From positions 33,059-97,058 of the forward strand of contig JAEWET010000020.1 in assembly GCA_023389195.1 (NCBI GenBank): DNA of 64,000 nt, given 5' to 3'. Source of the stretch: Pseudomonadota bacterium. Its GTDB lineage: Bacteria; Pseudomonadota; Alphaproteobacteria; Rhizobiales; Rhizobiaceae. Numbering within the stretch: the stretch's first letter is position 1; each line of letters begins with the position of its first letter. The notes under the pieces are model-generated. The model was given only the letters and a program-made list of their open reading frames with translations. It searched no databases and was not told the origin of the DNA. Positions 9,098 through 17,960 of this stretch are shown one piece after another. Position numbers and translations under genes: made by a program.

Positions 9098-11440
9098 TCA
9101 TGGCTGTTCGCCCTCCGGATAGACCCAGACGAGCGGGTTCTCGACCTCGAGCAGCGCGCCGGTCTGCGGTGATTTGTAATGGGTCGGCAGCACAGCAATG
9201 GTGCCGCTCGACACCTCGCCGGTGATGAGATCGACGTCCTCCCCATCGACAGGGAAGATCATCCCCTCGACGCACAGGAAACCGAAGCGGGACCGCGAGG
9301 GCTTCAGCCCATAAGGTGCGCCGTCGCGTACGAACTTGATGAAGCCCTTGGTTGCCTGAACGCTGATCCGCTCGCGGATCCCGTCCTTGCCTCCGAGCCC
9401 AGCCTCGTTCTCGAATGCTTCGGCAAACTGGTTGATGGTGTAGAGCCGACCCTTCGCCGCTTCCTCGAGCAGGATGTCGATGATGACGTCCTGCTTGCGC
9501 ACGCGCTCGGCGTCGTATCTGGCGCCAACCTCGGCGCGGACCAGCCGCTCGTTCATCGGGTTGAGCTCGACCCATCGGCCGTTGACCTTGTCGACGAGTT
9601 TTGCTGGCAGCGCCGGGCCATTGCGCAGTTCAATCTCCAACCGGCGCTGGGACGAATCCTCGTCCGGCCGGTGCAGGATGAGGCCGGTGGTGTAGAAGCC
9701 GCGTAGCGCGCTGGCGCCGGAGAGCGCCAGGAACGGGTCGTCCTTCACCTGGCTCTTCGACAGCTTCTTCGTGTGGTGGACGAGGATGACGCCGCAGTCG
9801 GGATCGATGTGGTCGCGCAGGGTCTCGACCCGGTCCTTGAGGAAGAACATCATGGCGGCATTGTCGTTCTCGCCGCCGCCATCCGGGCCGCCGTCGAAGA
9901 GGTTGCGGATCGGATCAATGCAGATGATGTCGGCGGGCTCGGCCGGAAAAGCACGTCGGATCGCTGCGGCGACACGCACGCTGCCCTCGGCATCGAGCAG
10001 CATCTGCAGTTTCGGCGTGGCGACGAGATTGTCGCGCGCGGCGCCAAGTAGATCGCGCGGCAGACCGATCTGCTGCATGCGCTCGCGCAGGTAGTGATAC
10101 TGGATCTCCGCCTGCAGGTAGAAGATCCGCAGCGGCCGTGACGGAGTGAACCCAAGAAAGGGCACGCTCGCCGCCATGTGCACGAGCCAGGTGATCAGCA
10201 GATCGCTCTTGCCGACTTTTGGTGCGCCGCCCAGCACGAGGAGACCGCCCGGCGTCAGCACACGGGGCGCAATGATGTCGCCCGGCATCGGGCTGGTGTC
10301 GTCGAGCAGTGCGCCGAGCGTGAAGGTGGGAAGCTCGTTCGGCGCAGGCGCTGCACTGCCGAGGCGGATCAGCGGCGGCCCGTGTTTGTCGACATGGATG
10401 GACCAGAGCCGCTCGGACTCGCGCTTCAGGCGCTCCACCGGCCAGGCCGGGCGCAGCATGGCGGCGTTGTATTCGCAGATCGCCTGCCAGCCTTCGTCCT
10501 TCGACAGCCGGCCGTCATGCACCATGCGAATGTAGTGGCCGATGGCCGCCGAAGCGCCCTCGAAGCGCGACCAGTCATCCTGCGCGCCCTCGCGCACCGG
10601 TGTCACCAGCACATCGGCGACGGCCGGCTTGTCGGACGCTGAGAAGTCGGGCGTGAGCGAAATGCCGGGCGCAGGCGGCATGTCGGTGACGGCCTCGATG
10701 AAGTCGTCGAGATCGCGCTCGAAGCCAGCATTCAACTCGACGATCCGGACCTGCGTCTTGAGACTGTTCTTGTAATAGATCGAGCCTGCCACCCGGATCG
10801 GCTGATGCGCCGAGCGGAAATGCGTATCGCCGCCGATCTTCGCGGCAATGTCACCGCGCAGACGGCAGATGCGGGCGATGTCGTCACCCTCGGCGGGTTC
10901 GTTCAGCTTCCACCAGACATGGGCCTTGCGCTGGCCCTCGGGCGTCGCCCCGCCGCTTTCCACCACCATGGTCGGCGGGCCGAGATGGCGCTCGAGATGG
11001 GCGCGCTTGGCGGCGATGTTGCCGGTGTCGATATCGACCACCACAGTCTGCATCTGCAGGATGTCGGTGGCTTTGGCCTGACCCTTGGCAGCAACGGTGC
11101 CGGGGATCACATAGACGGCCGCACCCTCGCGATCGGCCCATGCGGCAAAGGTCGCCATCTTGTCGGCAACCGAGCGGTCGGCATCGATCCAGATGTTATG
11201 CGGGCGGCCATCAAACCCCTGACCCTTGTCGATGAAGCTGCGGACCGGGATCAGACCTTCGCAATAGCCGAACACCACCTCCATGAACTGCGCGATCTGG
11301 TCAGGATCCGGCTCGTCGCCGAACACATCGACTTGCACCGGCGCGTCATTGAAGTCGCGCCAGGGATTGAAATGAACGATCTCGCCGGCCGCGGGCTGCT
11401 CGGCAGAACTGGTCATGTCGTCGTCACACTCGCCGCTCAT
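9098..11440 (-). CDS. bifunctional primase-polymerase (AEP-like) / RecA-fold AAA_25 replicative ATPase
   Basis: N-terminal AEP-like motifs: VVVDIDTG and KAHVWWKL. The central Walker A is LVLGGAPKVGKSDLL and the Walker B-like segment is ICIDPIRN. I prefer the start at 11440 (MSGECDDD), where the ATGA overlaps the upstream stop. The track start at 11485 is also possible. Confidence 0.8.
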   Translation of the reverse strand: MSGECDDDMTSSAEQPAAGEIVHFNPWRDFNDAPVQVDVFGDEPDPDQIAQFMEVVFGYCEGLIPVRSFIDKGQGFDGRPHNIWIDADRSVADKMATFAAWADREGAAVYVIPGTVAAKGQAKATDILQMQTVVVDIDTGNIAAKRAHLERHLGPPTMVVESGGATPEGQRKAHVWWKLNEPAEGDDIARICRLRGDIAAKIGGDTHFRSAHQPIRVAGSIYYKNSLKTQVRIVELNAGFERDLDDFIEAVTDMPPAPGISLTPDFSASDKPAVADVLVTPVREGAQDDWSRFEGASAAIGHYIRMVHDGRLSKDEGWQAICEYNAAMLRPAWPVERLKRESERLWSIHVDKHGPPLIRLGSAAPAPNELPTFTLGALLDDTSPMPGDIIAPRVLTPGGLLVLGGAPKVGKSDLLITWLVHMAASVPFLGFTPSRPLRIFYLQAEIQYHYLRERMQQIGLPRDLLGAARDNLVATPKLQMLLDAEGSVRVAAAIRRAFPAEPADIICIDPIRNLFDGGPDGGGENDNAAMMFFLKDRVETLRDHIDPDCGVILVHHTKKLSKSQVKDDPFLALSGASALRGFYTTGLILHRPDEDSSQRRLEIELRNGPALPAKLVDKVNGRWVELNPMNERLVRAEVGARYDAERVRKQDVIIDILLEEAAKGRLYTINQFAEAFENEAGLGGKDGIRERISVQATKGFIKFVRDGAPYGLKPSRSRFGFLCVEGMIFPVDGEDVDLITGEVSSGTIAVLPTHYKSPQTGALLEVENPLVWVYPEGEQP

Positions 11441-12204
11441 GCGGGCTGCTCCCAGCAGCGGCTGGCCCACGGGCAGAAGCGGCATTCGTAGAAATCGCGA
11501 TTGCTGGCGATGCGCGGCAGCAATTCGCCGGCATCGGTCGCCTCCAGGATGCGCACGCCACGGTCGGACATGCGCTGCGCGAGATCGGCATCGAACGGCA
11601 CCAGCTCATGGTGGAGTTCGGCTGTGTCCTTGTTGATGGCGGTGAACAGCGCCGACGCGGCAGAAATGCCGGGCACCGAGGCTTCCATGTAAGCCTGGTA
11701 GAGCGCGATCTGGGCGGCATAGACCGGCTTCGACTTCGTCACGCCGTCCTTGACACAGGCGCGCCAGTTCTTCGCGTTCATGGTCTTGCATTCCCACAGC
11801 GCGGGAACGGCGAGGCCAAAGCCTTGAGGCCCGGCGGTGATAATGCCGTCGACATGGCCACGGATGCGGCCGCCAGCGGCGGAAAAACCGAACTGGCCGC
11901 CATCGGGTCGATTGCCCTTGCGCGTATAGAGATCGAAACCGGCGGCACGCAGCCAGCTGATGGCGAGGCCTTCGAGCGCATGGCCGATGGCGAAGATGCG
12001 TAGCGTCTGTCCGGAAAATCCGACGCCCTCGTCTTTGGGCGTCGCGGTGAACTCGAACTGCAGGGCGCGCTCGCAGGCAACACCGAGGCGGGAACCGCCA
12101 AGGTAATCGCGCGGCGGCGTGGCTGCGTGCTCCGCCTCGAGGGCGCTATCGATCAGGTTGGTAATCCGCTCGCCCGGCTTCGGTTTGTGATTGAAGTCCA
12201 GCAT
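11437..12204 (-). CDS. PD-(D/E)XK nuclease, Cas4/RecB-like, with a C-terminal Cys cluster (phage exonuclease)
   Basis: 255 aa. N-terminal C (GVACERAL), core GHVDGII...LWECKT, and C-terminal YECRFCPWASRCW. This fits the Cas4-type 4-Cys nuclease architecture. Confidence 0.75.
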   Translation of the reverse strand: MLDFNHKPKPGERITNLIDSALEAEHAATPPRDYLGGSRLGVACERALQFEFTATPKDEGVGFSGQTLRIFAIGHALEGLAISWLRAAGFDLYTRKGNRPDGGQFGFSAAGGRIRGHVDGIITAGPQGFGLAVPALWECKTMNAKNWRACVKDGVTKSKPVYAAQIALYQAYMEASVPGISAASALFTAINKDTAELHHELVPFDADLAQRMSDRGVRILEATDAGELLPRIASNRDFYECRFCPWASRCWEQPA

Positions 12205-12422
12205 CAGAAGGGCACCTCGGGATCAGCGGTGCGATTGGCGGCGACGTATTCACGAAGTGCGCCCTGGTAACCCGTCACGGTCACCTCGATCAGGGTGAGC
12301 ACCTGCGGCTCCGAGAGATCGGCGAGTCGGGTCTGCCAGCCGATCTCCTCCATGATCTCGGCGACGGGCTTCGTGGTGCTGCGGATCGCAGCCTGTTCGG
12401 CGAGCGTCGGGTCGATCATCAT
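12204..12422 (-). CDS. small hypothetical phage protein
   Basis: 72 aa (MMIDPTLAEQAAIRSTTKPVAEIMEEIGW...). The start overlaps the helicase stop and the stop abuts the nuclease start. Confidence 0.55.
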   Translation of the reverse strand: MMIDPTLAEQAAIRSTTKPVAEIMEEIGWQTRLADLSEPQVLTLIEVTVTGYQGALREYVAANRTADPEVPF

Positions 12423-14098
12423 GCCGCCCTCGCCAGGTCCTGCCGGTCGGCACCGAAGACGAGGCTGCGGATGGCGGCGCGGTTGAACTGGAAGGAGAGC
12501 AGCGCCGAGGCCTGATAGCGGGTCAGCCCAAAATCGTGTCGGTAGTCGGCCGGCAGCCAGGCGAGTTGCCTGTCTGTCGGCGGTTGCGACAACCAGCGCT
12601 GGGTCTTGTGGGCGCTCTCGTCGGTTTCGTGCTCGTTCAGCCAATCGTCGGCAGCGGCGAGGCCGACCATGCGCTCGCCGATGGCCAGCAGACGCGGCGC
12701 GACCCCTTTTGCGGCGCCAACGCCGTACCAGCGGCCGTTGAGGAAGAAGACGCCGGCCCATGCGGAGAACCCGTTGGCCATCAGTGCGGCATCGTCACCG
12801 AACAGGTCACACCAGCGGAAGCTGGAGCATTTCAGGAGGTCGATCTCCGACATCACGAAATCGCTGAGCGGAATGTCGCCGCCGCCGTCGATGCTCTCGA
12901 AGACGAAGCCGCAAAGCGGGCATTCATGGCAACCGAGCGGAATATCAGCCTCGCATTGCGGGCAGGTCCTGGTCGGTGCATCGCCGGACGCCTCGTGTCC
13001 GGCAAGGTCGACCTCCTGCTCGAGCGAGCCGTGCATCAGGCTGGAGGTGCCGAAGTCCAGCACCACGCAGTCGGTCTTGACGATACCGGGGTGCTCGTTG
13101 GGATTAACGGTGCGCAAGCCCCGCCCGACCATCTGGATCATGGTCGACTTGTAAGAGGATGGGCGCAGCAGCACGACGCAGGAGGTTGGCGGATGATCCC
13201 AGCCTTCGGTCAGCACGGCGACATTGACGATGACCTGAACGTCACCGACGGCATAGGCGGCAAGCACAGCCTTGCGCTCGGCGTCGCCCATCTCGCCATG
13301 AACGAGAGCCGCGGCAATGCCGGCGGCGTTGAACGCGTCGGTCACGCCGCGTGCGTGGTCGACGGTCGAGCAGAACACCACGGTCTGCCGATCGGCGGCC
13401 TTCTCCCGCCAGTTCCGGATGACGGCATCGGTGACCGGCGTGCGGTTCATGATGCGCTCGACTTCGCCCATGTCGAAATCGCTGGCAGTCTTCCTGACCC
13501 TGGCCAGCTCATCCCGGACGCCGACATCGATGACGAAGGTGCGCGGCGCCACCAGATGGCCGGAGCGGATCAACTCACCGATGCGGATCTGGTCTGAAAC
13601 ATTGGAGAAGACCTCGCGCAGCCCTTTGCGGTCCCCGCGATTGGGCGTGGCGGTGACGCCGAAGATGCGGCAGGAGGGGTTGGTCTTCAGCGCCTGGTCG
13701 ATGATGCGGCGATAGCTGTCGGCCGTCGCATGATGCGCCTCGTCGATGACCAGCAGATCGAGCGCCGGCATGGCGTTGAGGTTGGTGCTGCGCGACAGCG
13801 TCGGGACCATGGCGAAGGTGACCCGGCCACCCCAGGACTTGCCGCTGGCGTCGACCACCGAGGTGGTGATCGCAGGATTGACCCGGGCGAACTTCTCGCG
13901 GTTCTGCGCGGTCAGCTCGTCGCGATGAGCGAGGACGGCGGCCCTGGCGTCTGTGTCGCCGATCATGCGGCCGGCGACGGCGGACAGCATCACGGTTTTG
14001 CCGGCACCTGTCGGGGCCACGCCGAGCGTGTTGGCGTGAGCGCCGAGCGCAGCGACACTGCGCTCGACAAAGAGTTTCTGGCGAGGGCGAAGCAGCAT
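12419..14098 (-). CDS. superfamily-2 DEAD/DEAH-box DNA helicase with a Zn-ribbon insert
   Basis: Motif I is APTGAGKT, motif II is VIDEAHH, motif VI is QMVGRGLR. It also has CPQCEADIPLGCHECPLCG. Confidence 0.85.
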   Translation of the reverse strand: MLLRPRQKLFVERSVAALGAHANTLGVAPTGAGKTVMLSAVAGRMIGDTDARAAVLAHRDELTAQNREKFARVNPAITTSVVDASGKSWGGRVTFAMVPTLSRSTNLNAMPALDLLVIDEAHHATADSYRRIIDQALKTNPSCRIFGVTATPNRGDRKGLREVFSNVSDQIRIGELIRSGHLVAPRTFVIDVGVRDELARVRKTASDFDMGEVERIMNRTPVTDAVIRNWREKAADRQTVVFCSTVDHARGVTDAFNAAGIAAALVHGEMGDAERKAVLAAYAVGDVQVIVNVAVLTEGWDHPPTSCVVLLRPSSYKSTMIQMVGRGLRTVNPNEHPGIVKTDCVVLDFGTSSLMHGSLEQEVDLAGHEASGDAPTRTCPQCEADIPLGCHECPLCGFVFESIDGGGDIPLSDFVMSEIDLLKCSSFRWCDLFGDDAALMANGFSAWAGVFFLNGRWYGVGAAKGVAPRLLAIGERMVGLAAADDWLNEHETDESAHKTQRWLSQPPTDRQLAWLPADYRHDFGLTRYQASALLSFQFNRAAIRSLVFGADRQDLARAA

Positions 14099-14113
14099 GG
14101 CTGGCTCCTCGCT

Positions 14114-14710
14114 CTACTGAGCCCAGGACGGGCGCGACGACGGTGTTGCGCCATGCTGCCTGGCCGCGGCATAGGCGTTGGTCTGCGCGGCGTTGGTCTG
14201 CAGCGTCGCCGTGACCATCCCCATGATGGCGGCGTAGTCCTTGTGGCTGGCGGTGACGGCGGAACGGACCTCGTTCTTGTCGTCGCCGTTGGTGTCGGTG
14301 CTGATGTCGATACGGGCGACGAACTCCAGCCCGTCGAGATCGGCAAATCCGGAGATGCGGCGCGCAGCCTGGGCCGCTTCGCTCTGATCCTTGTCGGAAA
14401 GGCCGCGGGCCGAATTGAGCATGCCGCGGATCAGGCCGCGCCCCATATTGGCCCATTCCGGACCCTTGGGGCTGTAGAGCCCGATCAGGGTGAAGATCTT
14501 GCGGCGTGCATATGGGCCCTCAAGCACCGTGAACTCACCGTTGAGATAGACCGCGCCGGTCGATCCGCGCGTGGCATAGCCACCGGTCCAGCCCTGCGAG
14601 CCATCATCAAAGCCGCCGGGGCGGATGGTCAGCCGCACTTTGGCCAGCGTGCCCTTGGGGATGAGGTTGGTGTTGGTCTGCGCGTCGTTGAAATCGTTCC
14701 ATGCCGACAT
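14114..14710 (-). CDS. DUF669-like phage protein (putative ssDNA-binding/annealing accessory)
   Basis: 198 aa directly downstream of the AAA_24 ATPase, the usual Sak4-DUF669 pairing. The N-terminus is FNDAQTNTNLIPKGTLAKVRLTI. Confidence 0.65.
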   Translation of the reverse strand: MSAWNDFNDAQTNTNLIPKGTLAKVRLTIRPGGFDDGSQGWTGGYATRGSTGAVYLNGEFTVLEGPYARRKIFTLIGLYSPKGPEWANMGRGLIRGMLNSARGLSDKDQSEAAQAARRISGFADLDGLEFVARIDISTDTNGDDKNEVRSAVTASHKDYAAIMGMVTATLQTNAAQTNAYAAARQHGATPSSRPSWAQ

Positions 14711-14713
14711 GGG

Positions 14714-15589
14714 TCAGGCTCCTTGTTCCTGGACTGGGGTGGAGGATGTTTGGGGGGAGGCAGTCGATACGGCCGCGAAAGTCTGGCGCGCGGCGTTGCG
14801 GATCTTGTCCATCAGCCGCCCGAGATCGGGCTGCTCGACCATGTCGAGCCGGCCGGAGCGGTCCTTTGCCGGAAAGCCGAAGGGATTGAGCGTCTGGCAG
14901 ACGAAGGCGCGGTAGGGCTCGCCCTGGTCGTCCTTCAGCTCAACCATGCTGATGACTTCATCGACGATGCCGGGCAGTTCGAGGCCGGTCTTCGAACCGT
15001 CGATCTGCGGGACGAACAGCTTGCGATTGAAGTCGTCGAGCTTCTCGTCGAGAATGCCGACGAACCAGATGTTCTTCGAACGCGTATGCTGCAGGTGGGT
15101 CAGCCAGGCGATCATCTCGCGGCCATGCAGGCCATAGGCGCCACGAATGTCCGGCTTGCCGGTCTTGTCGGAGAATGCCTCCGGTTGACCCTTGGCCCAC
15201 TGGAAGCAGAGCCGACCGGCCACAGTGATCGAGTCGACGAAGACCGTCCGGTAGCGGTCGAGCTGAGCCGGATCGCCGAGACGTGCGATGACGGCGTCGA
15301 AATGCGCCAGGCTATAGGGCTGGTCGTCACGCAACGCCGGATTGGCGCCACCGATGAACACCGCAAAATCGCGGCATTCATCCCAGGTCCGGGGACGGAT
15401 CGTGTCGCCGGCCCAACCCTCGATGGCGAGATCGCCGGCTTCCAGATCCATGAACAGCGTGGTGGCGGGGTCGAGCGTCCACAACAGCGACGTCTTGCCG
15501 ATGCCGGATTTGCCGAAGATGCAACCCTTGATGCTGCGGGGTGCCGCCAGACGCTGATCGGCTGAGATGATGGGGAGTGCGGCCGTCAT
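14714..15589 (-). CDS. AAA_24 family ATPase (Sak4-like recombination protein)
   Basis: Walker A is IFGKSGIGKTSLL and Walker B-like is TVFVDSIT. It sits in the recombination module. Confidence 0.75.
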   Translation of the reverse strand: MTAALPIISADQRLAAPRSIKGCIFGKSGIGKTSLLWTLDPATTLFMDLEAGDLAIEGWAGDTIRPRTWDECRDFAVFIGGANPALRDDQPYSLAHFDAVIARLGDPAQLDRYRTVFVDSITVAGRLCFQWAKGQPEAFSDKTGKPDIRGAYGLHGREMIAWLTHLQHTRSKNIWFVGILDEKLDDFNRKLFVPQIDGSKTGLELPGIVDEVISMVELKDDQGEPYRAFVCQTLNPFGFPAKDRSGRLDMVEQPDLGRLMDKIRNAARQTFAAVSTASPQTSSTPVQEQGA

Positions 15590-16071
15590 TGGGCACCCCC
15601 ATTCAGTTCGAGCTTCACCTTGAGTGCGCCGGTCCTGACCGTGCGGGCGGGCTCGAAGGTCTGGCGGATCGACTCGGGCCAGGCGGCGTATTTGCGCTCG
15701 GCTACCTTGAAGCTGACGTCGACATATTCGGTGGGATCGTCACCGGCGGCGCTGATACGCTCCACCAGTTGTGCAAGCTGTGCCTGGTCCCAATCGACGC
15801 GCTTGGGCAGGTCGGCGATCACGGTAACCGCCCCGTCATCGAAGCGGACGGTTCCGGTGTCCTTGCTCGCCTCCATGCGCGCCATCACGGCGCGATCGGT
15901 GTATTTGAGCGCGATGGCGCTTTCGAGCCAGTCGCTGATTGCCTTCGCGCTGCGGACGTTCGCGTCGGTCGCCTCCTGCAGGAGGGCGAGCTGTTCGGCC
16001 GGCAGAGCAACGATCTCTCCGATCTGCATCTTGCGCAGATCATCGAGGGTGATGTGGTTGGGGATCGTCAT
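15586..16071 (-). CDS. hypothetical phage early protein
   Basis: 161 aa from the ATG at 16069-16071 (MTIPNHITLDDL...). It overlaps the downstream gene by 4 nt. Confidence 0.55.
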   Translation of the reverse strand: MTIPNHITLDDLRKMQIGEIVALPAEQLALLQEATDANVRSAKAISDWLESAIALKYTDRAVMARMEASKDTGTVRFDDGAVTVIADLPKRVDWDQAQLAQLVERISAAGDDPTEYVDVSFKVAERKYAAWPESIRQTFEPARTVRTGALKVKLELNGGAQ

Positions 16072-16081
16072 CACCGCATCC

Positions 16082-16291
16082 TCACGCCGTAGCCTGGTGG
16101 CGGTGGCCGGCGGTGCTCTGGCGGATCTGCTCGGCCTCGTAGGCTTCGACATCCTCGAGGCGATAGACGACGCGGCCGCCGAGCTTGACGAATTGCGGGC
16201 CTTCACCCGTCCAGCGCCAGCGTTCCAGCGTGCGATGCGAAATGTTCCAGCGAGCAGCCAGCTCGATCTGAGAGAGGTGTCTGGTAGCCAT
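16082..16291 (-). CDS. MerR/AlpA-type HTH DNA-binding protein (excisionase-like)
   Basis: 69 aa: LSQIELAARWNISHRTLERWRWTGEGPQFVKLGGRVVYRLEDVEAYE. This is the typical helix-turn-helix_17/excisionase pattern. Confidence 0.7.
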   Translation of the reverse strand: MATRHLSQIELAARWNISHRTLERWRWTGEGPQFVKLGGRVVYRLEDVEAYEAEQIRQSTAGHRHQATA

Positions 16292-16462
16292 CTCGTTCTC
16301 CTTGGGTCCTTGAGAAAATCTGCGGAGAGGATGGCGGAGGATCAGAATGGTGTCTTCGGGATGGAAAGTGGATCGTCAGGGGATCAGAATCACCGTTTCT
16401 TGCGCATGAAGGGGGATGGACAAGGGGATGACAGGGGGATGCGCCGGCGTGGGCATACGGAA

Positions 16463-16483
16463 AAGCCCGGCAGAACCGGGCTT
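16463..16483 (-). terminator. putative rho-independent terminator after the 16496..17185 gene
   Basis: On the minus strand it reads AAGCCCGG-TTCTG-CCGGGCTT followed by TT. It lies 13 nt after the stop codon. The U-tract is short. Confidence 0.45.
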
Positions 16484-16495
16484 GGGAGAAGGGGA

Positions 16496-17185
16496 TCAGA
16501 AGAACCGGATATTGAGCCGGTAACGGCCGCGCCGGTCGGACTGGATCAATCTGCGCCACTCCGGCTGTGTCTTGAACAGATCCGACAGGCGCGTGCAGGA
16601 AGAGCCGGCTTCGGCCAGGACCGCCTTGCCGTGCTGCCAGGGAACGCCACGCATGGCCGCCTCATGAAGGATGCGCACGACGCGCGCCTGGATCTGGCCG
16701 AGCATGAAGGTCCGCTCCCCGAGTACGATCTCGCTGAAATCATGCCGTTGCTCGAAGACGATTTCGGATGTCCGCCGCGTACCGGCCAGTCCGTGCTTGG
16801 CTTCGGCGCGGTCGCGCTCATCGCGCCGGACGACCAGCTCCTCCTTCCGGATCAGGATTCCATCCTCGGGCCGTAGCACGACACAATAGCGATCCTTCGG
16901 GGCGTCGAAGCGATCGATCCGCAGCGCGCCCTCGTGAAACAGGCGGTAGGCGTCATGGGTGCGCAGATCCTGAAGCCCGTGAAAGTGGGCCTGGCTCTCG
17001 GGAATGCTGCACCACTGGCCCTCGTCGATCTCCTCGTAGCTGCCATGTTCGAGCTGGGCCCCATAGAGGCGGACAGAGACCTTCAGCAGGCCGTTCTCGG
17101 CGAGATAGGCCAGATCGCGCTGCGGCACCTCCCATCGCTCCTCCAGCTCGTCCAGTGCGAAATAATCCTTCTCGATCGACGCCAT
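16496..17185 (-). CDS. hypothetical early/immunity-region protein, transcribed divergently from the repressor
   Basis: 229 aa from the ATG at 17183-17185 (MASIEKDYFALDELEERW...). The track start at 17194 is GTG. No domain recognised. Confidence 0.6.
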   Translation of the reverse strand: MASIEKDYFALDELEERWEVPQRDLAYLAENGLLKVSVRLYGAQLEHGSYEEIDEGQWCSIPESQAHFHGLQDLRTHDAYRLFHEGALRIDRFDAPKDRYCVVLRPEDGILIRKEELVVRRDERDRAEAKHGLAGTRRTSEIVFEQRHDFSEIVLGERTFMLGQIQARVVRILHEAAMRGVPWQHGKAVLAEAGSSCTRLSDLFKTQPEWRRLIQSDRRGRYRLNIRFF

Positions 17186-17233
17186 TCCACGCACCCGTCC
17201 CGCAGATTTTCGTTCCTGTTATGTTCTATTTGC

Positions 17234-17262
17234 TTGACGCGGATGAATCAATCCTCTCTAAT
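17234..17262 (+). promoter_or_regulatory. sigma70-like promoter for the repressor gene
   Basis: TTGACG (17234-17239), 17 nt, then TCTAAT (17257-17262). It is followed by a tandem AATCCACA repeat (17260-17267 and 17269-17276) just upstream of the ATG at 17291. Confidence 0.4.
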
Positions 17263-17290
17263 CCACAAAATCCACATGCCGGACGAAACC

Positions 17291-17959
17291 ATGAGCATCA
17301 CCATCGCCGACAGACTGAGAGCCCGAGCCGAACAGCTGGGGCTGAATGCGCGTGAGGTGGCCGAGCAGGCGCGTGTCAACAGGTCCTTCGTCTACGACAT
17401 CATGCGCGGGCGTTCGGAGCGCCCGAACCTGGAAAAGCTCGACAAGGTCGCGGCGATCATCAAGGTCGATCGAAACTGGCTCCTGCATGGCAAGGGCATG
17501 ATCGAGGGAGACGAGCCGACCCTGGAGGAGGAGGCCGATTCCTTTGTGGCAATCCCCTCCGTCGAGGTGACCGCGTCGATGGGCGGCGGCAAGATCGTCG
17601 CGGACGAAGTGGAAAACGGTGAACCCTACCACTTCAGGAGTTCGTGGATCACGCATCGGCTGCGCGCCAGCCCGGCAAACCTGCGCATCATGCACGTCGA
17701 GGGCGACAGCATGATGCCGACCCTGCACGACGGGGACGTCGTGCTCGTCGACCTCGCGCGCTGCATGCCGACCCCTCCAGGCATCTTCGTGCTGTTCGAT
17801 GGCATGGGACTGGTGGCCAAGCGTCTCGAGCACATCCCGAACTCGGAGCCGCCGCAGGTGCGCATCATCTCTGACAACACGTTCTACAGCCCCTATGAGC
17901 GCACCGCCGAAGAGATCAGGATCATCGGCCGGATCCGCTGGTTCGGCCGGGAGATCTGA
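17291..17959 (+). CDS. cI/LexA-type phage repressor (HTH_XRE plus S24 peptidase)
   Basis: The N-terminal HTH is LGLNAREVAEQARVNRSFVYDIMRG. The C-terminal S24 motifs are MHVEGDSMMPTL (Ser) and LVAKRL (Lys). The start is the internal ATG of track ORF 16934..17959. Confidence 0.85.
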   Translation: MSITIADRLRARAEQLGLNAREVAEQARVNRSFVYDIMRGRSERPNLEKLDKVAAIIKVDRNWLLHGKGMIEGDEPTLEEEADSFVAIPSVEVTASMGGGKIVADEVENGEPYHFRSSWITHRLRASPANLRIMHVEGDSMMPTLHDGDVVLVDLARCMPTPPGIFVLFDGMGLVAKRLEHIPNSEPPQVRIISDNTFYSPYERTAEEIRIIGRIRWFGREI

Positions 17960-17960
17960 G

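Noticed and set aside
8631-9575. N-terminal 315 codons of track ORF 8094..9575
   Set aside because: This is a low-complexity Arg/Gly/Pro-rich extension that crosses an intergenic gap and the end of the primase gene. Only the RuvC-like part from the ATG at 8630 is credible.
13730-15565. 611-aa plus-strand ORF, and also 13575..14456 on the minus strand
   Set aside because: It is antisense to, or out of frame with, the helicase, DUF669 and AAA_24 genes. It is a shadow ORF.
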